Source: Chiloscyllium plagiosum (lineage: Eukaryota). From it: 42,044 nt of DNA. Location of the stretch: assembly GCF_004010195.1 (NCBI RefSeq), contig NC_057754.1, positions 2,982,158 through 3,024,201 of the forward strand, read 5' to 3'. Position 1 is the stretch's first letter. The number at the start of each line of letters is the position of its first letter. Positions 21,192 through 31,329 of this stretch are shown piece after piece. The notes beneath the pieces were generated by a model that did not search any database, was not told the origin of the DNA, and saw only the letters and a list, made by a program, of their open reading frames with translations. A program made the translations under genes and the position numbers.

Positions 21192-21435
21192 TGTACTTTA
21201 ACTGAAGAACAAATAAAACTCCTGAAGAGGCAAAATTTAACAGGATAGTTCAACTTCCAGGAGAATTCATGAACAATTTCATTACAGTTTGGGATTACTT
21301 TATCTGAAAACCTCAGTACCAACAGTTTTTCTGATAAAGGATATTTTTGGTTTTTGGATTCATTTATCATGGCCTGTTCAGTCAATTTGGGCCCTTTCAA
21401 AAAGAATAATTTGGCCACTTCACTCCATCCACTTG
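21192..21435 (-). CDS. Candidate internal coding exon of an unrecognised gene (SGWSEVAKLFFLKGPKLTEQAMINES...RSFICSSVKV)
   Basis: Acceptor ctttcaactcttcatgtttccag, donor CA|gtaagc, 80 open codons in one frame while the other two frames stop early; non-repetitive; no family recognised. Confidence 0.45.
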
Positions 21436-21631
21436 CTGGAAACATGAAGAGTTGAAAGCAGATGGTAATTGGTAGGGGTGGGGGAAGGGGCAATAGATCC
21501 ACTAGGCCAGGGGATTTATCTATTTCTGTTTTTCAAGAAATCTAGTATTACCTCCCTCTTAGTACAGTCAATTCTTCTATAATGCGATGCTTGCATACAT
21601 GTGCAACCCTGCATTATAGAAAAATGACACT

Positions 21632-21945
21632 TTAGAGATGTACAGCATGGAAACAGACCCTTCAGTCCAACCCATCCATGCCGACCAGATATCCCAACCC
21701 AATCTAGTCCCACCTGCCAGCACCCGGCCCATATCCCTCCAAACCCTTCCTACTCATATACCCATCCAAATATCTCTTAAATGTTGCAATTGTGCCAGCC
21801 TCCACCACATCCTCTGCTTAGTGTTGGTATGTGTATGGAATGAGCTGCCAGAGGAAATGGTGGAGGCTGTATCATTACAACATTTAAAAGGCATTTGGAT
21901 GGGTATATGAATAGAAAGGATTTGGAGGGGATATGGGCCAGGTGC
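21632..21945. mobile_element. Two CR1 3' fragments in inverted orientation (minus ~21632-21815, plus ~21825-21945)
   Basis: Both match the CR1 3' end seen at 20530-20740. Confidence 0.85.
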
Positions 21946-22012
21946 CCATATAAATAATCATTTAAAATTTTGAAGGGTTGTGGGGGAGCAGGGCAACGAA
22001 CAGAGTTGAGAA

Positions 22013-22174
22013 TGGCGACACGGTGGCTCAGTGGTTAGCAATGCTGCCTCAAAGAACCAGGGACCCTGGTTCGATTCCAGTCTCAGGCAACTGTCTGTGT
22101 GGAGTTTGCACATTCTCCCAGTGATCGGCGTGGGTTTCCTCCCACAGTCCAAAGATGTGCAGGTCAGGTGAATT
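22013..22174 (+). mobile_element. V-SINE 5' half, interrupted by a CR1 tail
   Basis: A/B boxes; breaks at ggtgaatt. Confidence 0.85.
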
Positions 22175-22791
22175 AAAGTCATAGAGATGTACAGCATGGA
22201 AACAGACCCTTCGGTCCAACCCGTCCATGCCAACCAGATATCCCAACGGATTTGGAGGGGATATGGGCCAGGTGCCCATCCAAGTATCTCTTAAATGTTG
22301 CAATTGTACCAGCCTCCACCACATCCTCTGGCAGCTCATTCCATACACGTACTCCCCTCTGCATGAAAAGGTTGCCCCTTAGGTCTCTTTTATATCTTTC
22401 CCCTCTCACCCTAAACCCATGCCCTTTAGTTCTGGACTGCCCGACCCCAGGGAAAAGACTTTGTCAATTTATCCTATCCATGCCCCTCATAATTTTGTAA
22501 ACCTCTATAAGGTCACCCCTCAGCCTCCGATGCTCCAGGGAAAACAGACCCATCTGTTCAGCCTCTCCCTGTAGCTCAGATCCTCCAACCCTGGCTACAT
22601 CCTTGTAAATCTTTTCTGAACCCTTTCAAGTTTCACAACATCCTTCCAATAGGAAGGAGACCAGAACTGCACGCAATATTCCAACAGTGGCCGAACCAAT
22701 GTCCTGAACAGCTGCAACATGACCTCCCAACTCCAGTACTCAATACTCTGACCAATAAAGGAAAGCATACCAAACGCCTTCTTCACTATCC
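22175..22791 (-). mobile_element. CR1 LINE 3' part running into the gap
   Basis: [35 protein letters not shown] on minus. Confidence 0.9.
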
Positions 22792-23287
22792 NNNNNNNNN
22801 NNNNNNNNNNNNNNNNNNNNNNNNNNNNNNNNNNNNNNNNNNNNNNNNNNNNNNNNNNNNNNNNNNNNNNNNNNNNNNNNNNNNNNNNNNNNNNNNNNNN
22901 NNNNNNNNNNNNNNNNNNNNNNNNNNNNNNNNNNNNNNNNNNNNNNNNNNNNNNNNNNNNNNNNNNNNNNNNNNNNNNNNNNNNNNNNNNNNNNNNNNNN
23001 NNNNNNNNNNNNNNNNNNNNNNNNNNNNNNNNNNNNNNNNNNNNNNNNNNNNNNNNNNNNNNNNNNNNNNNNNNNNNNNNNNNNNNNNNNNNNNNNNNNN
23101 NNNNNNNNNNNNNNNNNNNNNNNNNNNNNNNNNNNNNNNNNNNNNNNNNNNNNNNNNNNNNNNNNNNNNNNNNNNNNNNNNNNNNNNNNNNNNNNNNNNN
23201 NNNNNNNNNNNNNNNNNNNNNNNNNNNNNNNNNNNNNNNNNNNNNNNNNNNNNNNNNNNNNNNNNNNNNNNNNNNNNNNNNNNNNNN

Positions 23288-23545
23288 ATTGGCCGTGCTA
23301 AATTGTCCCATAGTGCCCAGGGATGTGCAGGTTAGGGTGGATTGGCCATGGGCGATACAGGGAGAGGGTAACAGGGGTGGGCCTGGATAGGCTGCTCTCA
23401 ATGGGCCGAATGGCCTCTTTCCACACTATCGGGACTATGTGACTCCTTATCAGAACATGCAAACTCCACACGAGAGTCGCCGAGGATGGAATTGAACCAG
23501 GGTCCTTGGCGGCCGGAGGCAGCAGTGCTAACCGCTGAGCCACCT
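23288..23545. mobile_element. V-SINE 3' half (plus, 23288-~23440) and V-SINE head (minus, ~23452-23545)
   Basis: attggccgtgctaaattg..ggccgaatggcct..ccacact; gcagtgctaaccgctgagccacc. Confidence 0.8.
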
Positions 23546-23714
23546 GAGCGGTGGGCCAGTAGCGCCCTTCCTTCCCGAGTAAACTTCGGTCAGTGACCCG
23601 GTGGCTCAGTGATAAGAGGGTGTCCCGCTGTCAGTTGACTTGCCCTTCTGTCAGTCTCCCACGCAGTGCCTCTCCTCACCCCTCACCATCTCTCTCTCTC
23701 TCTCTCCGGACCAG

Positions 23715-23904
23715 GAACGCCAGCGGAGCGAGGAAGCCGCCGCTCTCCCGGTTCCAGCGCTTTGCGGCGATCCTGCTGATCGGAATCCTGGGCTTCCTCA
23801 CGCTGCTCGTCGTCATGTCCAAGCTCGGGAGAGCGTCCGTGGACAACGACCCCAACTGGGACCTGATGCAGAACCCCCACGTGCAAGTGGGAGCAGGGAT
23901 TTGA
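23715..23904 (+). CDS. ZFPL1: ZFPL1 (zinc finger protein-like 1, cis-Golgi) terminal coding exon with the TM helix
   Basis: [59 protein letters not shown] resembles the recalled human C-terminus (..[36 protein letters not shown]). Acceptor (ct)n..ccag at 23714; stop TGA at 23902-23904. Confidence 0.85.
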
Positions 23905-23924
23905 GGGAGGGGGGGGGGGGGGGG

Positions 23925-24115
23925 AGGGGAAATGAGGAAACTGGAGAAATCCGAGTTCATCCCCTGTGGTTGGACGGTTCCCAGGCAGAAGATGAGGCGC
24001 TCTTCCTCCAACCGTCGTGTTGTTGTGGTCTGGCGATGGAGGAGTCCAAGGACCTGCATGTCCTTGGTGGGGCGGGAGGGGGAGTTCAAGTGTTGGGCTA
24101 CGGGGTGGTTGGGTT
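23925..24115 (-). mobile_element. Penelope GIY-YIG C-terminal fragment, followed by a SINE tail (~24140-24225, plus)
   Basis: DMQVLGLLHRQTTTTRRLEEERLIFCLGTVQPQGMNSDFSSF. Confidence 0.8.
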
Positions 24116-24239
24116 GGTTGGTCCGTCCGGGTCAAGAGGGAAACGGGTCTGGCTGGGTTACTCTTCAGAGGGTCGGCGTGGACTCGTTGGGCTGAGGGGC
24201 CTGTTTCCACACCGTAGGGAATCTGCTGTAGCACTGAAT

Positions 24240-24930
24240 AGTTCTTACGTTCCGTCTGCACCGTGGACGGTGGAGGTGAAGAGGGGCGAGGAGTAGTTAT
24301 CCTGACGCCATGGTCTGGCGATGTACGTGTTCGGAAAGGGTAAATGTCTCAGCGCTCCGCCGCTCAATGAGGTAGAAAGATGGCGGCGCCAAGCCGGCGG
24401 CGGGCGACGCCCGGAATGTGCTGGAAGAGGGTCACGTGGCTTGGAGCGCGGGCGGGAACGTGACGTAATTGCGCGCGTGACGTCCCAGCGTCGGTCGAGC
24501 ACGTGATCGCAGCCATATTCTTCAACCTTCACCCGCTCCATTTTTTTTTCAAATCGCCGCTCAGTGGCGTGGACCGGCGGCCGGCGGCTCGATTCTTTTC
24601 TGACAGAGATAAATTCTCTCCCCTCCAGATTTTTAAAGTGCTCTTCAGTTGTCCCGACGATGTTTTATCATGTGAGTGGTTCGTTTTGGCCCGTCTCGGG
24701 AGGGCAGAGTGGTTAAAAACCGAGCGGTAACGGGTGTAGGAGGAGGAGGAGGAGGAGGGGGGGAGGTGCGGCTGCGTAACGCCGCGGCGTGGTGACGACG
24801 TTGGATGGGCGTGTCCACGTAGCGTGATGAGGTCATTGATTGACACCCACTCTGACCTATGCAGGTGACGTGCGTGAATGATTGATCGCCGTTTCGGCAA
24901 ATGGGAAACAGGGGGGCGTGGGCGGAAGGT
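24240..24930. promoter_or_regulatory. CpG-island promoter of POLR2G (possibly bidirectional)
   Basis: Dense CpG. YY1-type aagatggcggc at 24377-24387, E-boxes gtcacgtg at 24431-24438 and cacgtgat at 24500-24507, CRE-like tgacgtaa at 24461-24468 and tgacgt at 24478, E2F-like gcgggaa at ~24452. Confidence 0.8.
24660..24671 (+). CDS. POLR2G: RNA polymerase II subunit RPB7, coding exon 1 (MFYH)
   Basis: acgATGTTTTATCAT|gtgagt. Confidence 0.93.
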
Positions 24931-25067
24931 GCCCTCGTCTTCTCCCCCCCCCAAAAAAAGGCAGCTGAAAATCTGTCAGAAAAGCAGCGCCGGTTAGTTC
25001 AGTTGGCTGGATGACTGGTTTCGCCGTGCACAATGACGTCCCGCACTGGCTGAGGTTACTGTGGAGG

Positions 25068-25712
25068 ATCATAGAATCCCTACAGTGTGGAAGCAGGCCA
25101 TTCGACCACTGGGGGTCTGTCCTGTACCCTCCCAAAAAAAGCATCACACTCGCACTCCCGTTTCCTGCAGCCCCACGTTTTCCATGGATGACCCACCAAC
25201 CCTGCACACCTGTGGGGTAACTTTGCATGGCCACTCCGCCCTAACCCGCACATCTTTGGATGTCAGGGCAACCGGAGGAAAACCCGCACTGACACAAGGA
25301 GATTGCGCAAACTCCATGCAGACTGTTGCCTGAGATTAGATTCCCTACAGTGTGGAAACAGTCCTTTTTGGCCCAACTAATCCACACCGACCCTCCAAAG
25401 AGTAACCCACCTAGACCCATTTTCCCCCCTAACTAATGCACCTAACTCTACGGGCAATTTAGCATGACCAATTCACCTAGCCTGCACATCTTTGGACTGT
25501 GGGAGGAAACTGGAGCACCAGGAGGAAACCCAGGCAGACACGGGGGGGAGAATGTGCAAACACCACACAGACAGTCCCCCAAGGCTGGAATTGAACCTGG
25601 GTCCCTGGTGCTGTGAGGCAGCCATTGCTTGCCACCGTGCTACCCCTGCTGGTATCAAACTGGGTCCTTGGTGCTGTGCGGCAGGAGTGCTAACCACTGA
25701 GCCACTGTGCAA
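25068..25712 (-). mobile_element. Two tandem V-SINEs plus a duplicated SINE head
   Basis: Tails atcatagaatccctacagtgtgg (25068) and attagattccctacagtgtgg (25335); head motif ctgggtcc..tgctgtg twice. Confidence 0.85.
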
Positions 25713-26019
25713 CCTCACGAATCTTCCTTCTCAACCTCTTGGTGGTCTACACGTTAAACTTGCCACCTAATCCTCTCTCCCTAATGAGAGAGCAGCCTTA
25801 TGGGGGTGGGCAGGGGTTGGGGGGTGGATGGGTTTGGGGGCAGGTGCACACATGGGGTGTGCCGCTGTCTAGTCTCCTGAAATGAGCAGACATCACAGAA
25901 GACTCAGAGGAAATCAATTAACTGAATAAACAATTATCTGAATGAAGTAGTGCCCGCCCATCTCATTTGATAATCAAGGTTCCTGTGTAAATGACATCAC
26001 CTTTGGGAGCATTGATATA

Positions 26020-27000
26020 CTGAGGATCTTGGCTGCTAGTTCATAACTCCTGAAAGTGGCAACACAAGTGGATAAGGTGGTTAGAAAATGGTGTATGGCA
26101 TGCTTGCCTTCCTTAGTGGGGCATTGAATATAAAGGTTAGCAAGTCACTTTGCAGCAGTATAAAACTTAAAGTTAGACCACATTTGGAGCATCTCGTGCA
26201 GTTACGGTTACCACACCAAAGGAAGAAAGTGGCGATTTAGAGAGGATGCATAAGTGGTTTAACAGGATGGAATGTATTTGTTAGGAGTGGTTGGACAAAC
26301 TTGGATTGTTTTTGCTACAGTGTTGGGAGTCTGAAAGAGATAAGACTGAGAGGTGTAGATAGTCAGTCTCTTTTTTTTTCCCCCTCCAAGAGTAGAAATG
26401 TAAAGTATCAGGGGCATAATTTAAGTTAAGGGGCAAGGTTTAAAGGTGGACAAACTTGGATTGTTTTTGCTACAGTGTTGGGAGTCTGAAAGAGATAAGA
26501 CTGAGAGGTGTAGATAGTCAGTCTCTTTTTTTTTTCCCCCTCCAAGAGTAGAAATGTAAAGTGTCAGGGGCATAATTTAAGTTAAGGGGCAAGGTTTAAA
26601 GGTGATGTGAGAGCAAGTGTTTTTTTTTTACACAGATGGTGGGAGCCTAAAATGCATTACCTGGAGAGATGGTCGAAGCAGATATGATAGCAATGTTTAA
26701 GAGTCAGTTAGATACATGAATAGAAAGTGAGGTCTGCAGATGCTGGAGATCAGAGCTGAAAATATGTTGCCGGAAAAGGGCTTATGCCCGAAACGTCGAT
26801 TCTCCTGTTCCCTGGATGCTGCCTGACCTGCTGCGCTTTTCCAGCAACACATTTTCAGCCTAGATACATGAATAGGCAGGGAAGTGAGGAATGCAGACCA
26901 TGAGCATGAGCAGGCAGATGGGATTAAAATAGTTTAAAATGGCATCATGGTCGCCACAGACATGGTGGGCCAAAGGGCCTGTTCCTGAACTGTACTGTTC
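26020..27000 (+). mobile_element. Old CR1 3' fragment containing a 155-bp tandem duplication and a small Penelope-derived insert
   Basis: Degenerate LKVATQVDKVV..RPHLEHLVQ motifs and tail gggccaaagggcctgttcctg. Confidence 0.75.
26724..26860. mobile_element. 137-bp fold-back Penelope-pLTR-derived insertion, 15-bp TSD tagatacatgaatag
   Basis: TSD at 26709-26723 and 26861-26875; inverted arms at 26755-26778 and 26836-26859; gggc-ttat-gccc-gaaa-cgtc motif. Confidence 0.85.
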
Positions 27001-28452
27001 TGTCTTCTACTTCTGAGTTGGTCTGTTCCTGAACCCTGTTTATAATTTTATTCCACATTTATTGAATAACTAAATTAAGATCTGACCTCTGCCAAGGTGT
27101 GGTTTGACCTTGAATCTGAATTAATTGTCCAAGGTCTGGATTGTTTGACCAATGATAACTGTTGTGCTATTGTTACTGAAAAATAAGACAACTGCTGTAG
27201 TCATATTGTTTACAGGATAAATATTGAGCATCTCACCAGGAGATCATGCCACTCCTTTTAAATGTGACCTTTTGCATTCACCCAAGAGATTAAATAATTC
27301 TTAGTCAAGGTGATAAATCTGAAACGTTAACCGAGTTTTCTCTCCACGGTTGCTGTTGGACATTCTGGTTATTTCCTACATTTTCTTTTTTTTCCATCAT
27401 AAGACGATATCAGACTGTTCCAACAGTGCAGCACCCCCAGGCTTGCTAGTGAACCTTGACACTGAATCGAGGCTGACAACGTTGTCTCTGTCACTGAACA
27501 GACAAAGTGAGCCCACTCTTCCCTATTTACAAAAACTGTCTGCCCCCCCCCCAAGTGATGTGTTGGGATGTGAAGGACACAGTTCAGAGTAATGCCAGGT
27601 ATAGTGGAGGTTGACAGAAAGGGAAGATACTTCAGAGGCCTTGGTGATAATTTTGTAACCATATTCCCATTTCCACCTCTTCTAGACCCATCTTCTATTT
27701 CTCCACTTGGCCTAGTCTCATCTCCTCTAGGACTTGCCATTGCTGTTTAAATACAAGGGATTGCTCATTTAAGACAGGCAGTGAAGGTTTTGTTTTGCTC
27801 AGGTGGTTACTAGTCTTAGAACGCACTCTTTCTTTCTCACAAGGTTGTGAGGCAGTCTTTGAATATTTCAAGGGTAGATAGATTCTTGATGAGCAAGGAG
27901 GTGAAAGCTTATGGAGGGAGACAGGACTATGGATTCAAGATTGCAATCAAATCAGCTATGATCTTAGCAGGCTTAATGTGGTGGAAGGCGTACTCTACAC
28001 CAAGTTGTCTGATACCACAAAAACGACATGAAGGTAGGTCGTTTGGTTCATCAAACCTGCTCTGCCATTCAATCCGATCAAGATTCACCACCCTCTGAGT
28101 GTAGAAATGTCTTCTCCTCCTCCTCAGTCCTAAGTAATTGGCTCCTCCACACAGTGACCAGGCAGTAGCTTGTGCCCTGTCCAATCCCCTTCAAAGTCTT
28201 ATCTGTCTCAATGTGATCTGTCTCAATCTTTTGAAGTCTGAGAATATTTGACGCAGATTACTCCCTTATGATATAATCTTGCCTACTTGATACCCCATCA
28301 CAGACCTTCTCCTTCCCTATCTCTAATTAATTCAAGACCAAAGTTGATTGGACTTTTGAGGAACTGGGAAATAATTTGACCATCTGAAATTCTAGTCATT
28401 AAGGACAAAAAAGCAGCATTTTTAAATTTGTGCTTTCCTTTCATATGTTTAG

Positions 28453-28563
<111 letters not shown>

Positions 28564-28877
28564 TGAGTAACACCATTTTACAATAGAAAAACCTTGAGTC
28601 TGAATATTGTGAAGACCTAGTGGCGTCATGGTCATGTCTCTGGATTAGTGACCCAGAGACTCCGCTAATGCCCTGGGGACCAGGTTTGGAATTCCACCAT
28701 CCACAGCTGATGCATTCAATTAATAACTCTGCAATTGATCTCCTTCCTGGTGGCTGTGAAACCTTTGTCAATTGTTGTAAAAACCCATCTGGTTCACTAA
28801 TATCCCTTAGGGAAGGAGATCTTATCCACCTCAATGAGGTGCACTTTTAACCGTCCCTCTGCAATGAATTAGAGTGA

Positions 28878-29140
28878 TTAGCACAGCTGCCTCACAGAGC
28901 CAGGAACCCGGGTTCGATTCCACCCTTGGGTGAACTGTCTACGTGGAGTTTGCACGTTCTCCCCGTGTCTGCGTGGCTTCCTTCAGAGTGCTTCGGTTTC
29001 CTCCCACAGTCCAAAGATGTGCCAGTTAGGTGGGTTAGCCATGGTTAATGCAGGGTACAGGGATAGCATGTGGGGGTCGGTGTGGACCTAATAGGCTGAA
29101 TGGCCTGTTTTCACACTGGTGGGATTCCATGATTCTATAA
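28878..29140 (+). mobile_element. V-SINE, preceded by a second-family SINE remnant (~28618-28870)
   Basis: ttagcacagctgcctcacag..ggttcgattcc..gagtttgcacgttctccccgtgtctgcgtgg. Confidence 0.85.
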
Positions 29141-29690
29141 TTGAGCCACTCAATCCAAAGGGTAATAAATTGCTGGCCTTGCCAGTGTTGCACACATCCT
29201 GAGATAGAATACAGCGGGGAGGGGTGTTTTCTCCAATCTGAGTTATGATAGATACAGTGATAATGAAAACCGCTTGACAGTTATTCCTTTTATCTTTCAT
29301 TCATTCTTATGGTGATGTCATAGCGGACAAGAATAATACTTATTGGCCATTTTCCCCAAGTCTCCTCTGGCTATGAGAGTAGTGCTCTCAGCTCTGACTC
29401 TCCAAATGCATGGTTCTCATGTTCCACTCCAGGGTAGCAAGGACAAACATGCCAGGCTGACTTGCTCTACATTGCAGCACTGATAGAGCGTTGCCCCATT
29501 GGAAAGGGGTGCTAAACTTGCGATTCTCGCACCCACTTCGGCAGATATGAAATTTCCTGTAGGAACCATCCCTCCACATTAATTCTATCTCCTATAGCTG
29601 CCACATCCCCATAATTACCTTATTCCCCTATAGCAACCATTCCCTGCATAGTTTCCCTATTTCCTATGGAAACCTTACCCCCATAGTAAG

Positions 29691-30040
29691 GGGAGGCAAT
29701 GGCCTGGTCGTGTTATCGCTGGACTGTTAATCCAAGTAACTTTCTGGGGACCCAGATTCAAATCCTGTCACGGCAGTTGGTGGAATTTGTATTCAATAAA
29801 TATCTGAAACTAAGAGTCTAATGACAGCCATGAATCCATTACTGATTGTTGGAAAAACCCATCCGACTCACTGATATCCTTTGGGGAAAGGAACTGCAGT
29901 CCTTACCTGCTCTGGCCTACTTGTGTGTCTCCAGACCCATAGCAACGTGGTTGACTCTTCACTGCTCTCTTGGTAATTAGGGTTGGGCAATAAATGCTGG
30001 GCTTGGCCAGCAACGCTGTCATCCCATGAACGAATTGAAA
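29691..30040 (+). mobile_element. Second-family tRNA-derived SINE with LINE-type tail, apparently inserted in an older decayed DeuSINE-like repeat (~29385-30290); other copies at ~31820-31945, ~32335-32640 and ~33225-33545
   Basis: gggaggcaatggcctggtcg..gattcaaatcc..aaaaacccatc..gggcaataaatgctgg; the same core recurs in the listed copies. Confidence 0.75.
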
Positions 30041-31113
30041 GATAAAGGAACCCAGGTATACTGTTCCTCAAAGAGGTGTTGGGCCAAGGGGAGGGTGGGT
30101 TGGATCTTTCAACTCTTCCGGTGTCCTGTGGCCTAACGCTTGCCCTTCAATCCGTGTCACAAAAATAGATGAGCTGGGTCATCCCATTACCATTTGTGGG
30201 GTTGTCATGCATGTATGGGCTGCCACATTTCCTACACTACACCAGTGCCTTTCCCTTCAAAAGTACTGGTTGTAAGCGACTTTGCACCTCAGGTGGTGAA
30301 GGATGCGGCCCCTCTGATGCTCACTATGTGCTGTCAGGATTGCATCCTCCCTCAGCTACCTGTCCTGGGATGCGTCAACTCCTGTCTCCATATGGCCAGA
30401 AGATTCTGTATTGATGTGCAACCTAATCATCGCTGAAATGGGACACAGGGCCGACTCTTCTCATCTTGCACTCATCAGGACTGGGGCACGAGAAAACAAA
30501 TTTAGAAAGAGAATTCAAGTCAGCATCCTCTTCTCATGCTGTATAAATTGGTGTTACCTGAAACGCTGGGGGCTGATGGTGACCTAGTGATAATGGAGTG
30601 TGCTATCACTCTCTGGTCATATTGCTCCCCTGGTCACAACATAAAATAATTTTCTCTGTTAACTATGTTATCAATTATATTTTTGTTTCTGATTGGTTTA
30701 CAATATGTAAAGCAGCAGTCAGATTCCTTTTGAATAAATCACAAAGTTATTGACTTATTGTGACAATAGGCAAAGATAAGATTTGGAAGGATAAATGTTT
30801 ATTCTTCCAAATATTCCCAAAGCAACAGCAGCACCAATTTCTCGCTTTCTCTCTCGCTCTCTTGCTCTCCCCCTCAAAGGCAGATGATGAGCTGGTCACT
30901 TTCTGTCAATGTGCTGGGCACTTCATCCACTGATTCAAATGTTTATTTGTGACAATTTTCCCCATATTTCGGGGAGAGGACAAGGAAGTGGCAAGCTCCC
31001 AGCACAAAGGTCCAACTAGCCGTATCCTTGTGCTGTGTGATCCAGTGGATTCGAATCATCAAGACCAACTTTAGATCTCAGTGTGATTTTGTGATGACAC
31101 TGTGCTTCAGTGA

Positions 31114-31329
<216 letters not shown>

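Noticed and set aside
24824..24856. gtgatga...ctga in POLR2G intron 1
   Set aside because: About 32 nt, too short for a snoRNA
30884..30934. atgatga...ctga box C/D-like pair in POLR2G intron 2
   Set aside because: Only ~50 nt, no terminal stem and no recognisable rRNA guide
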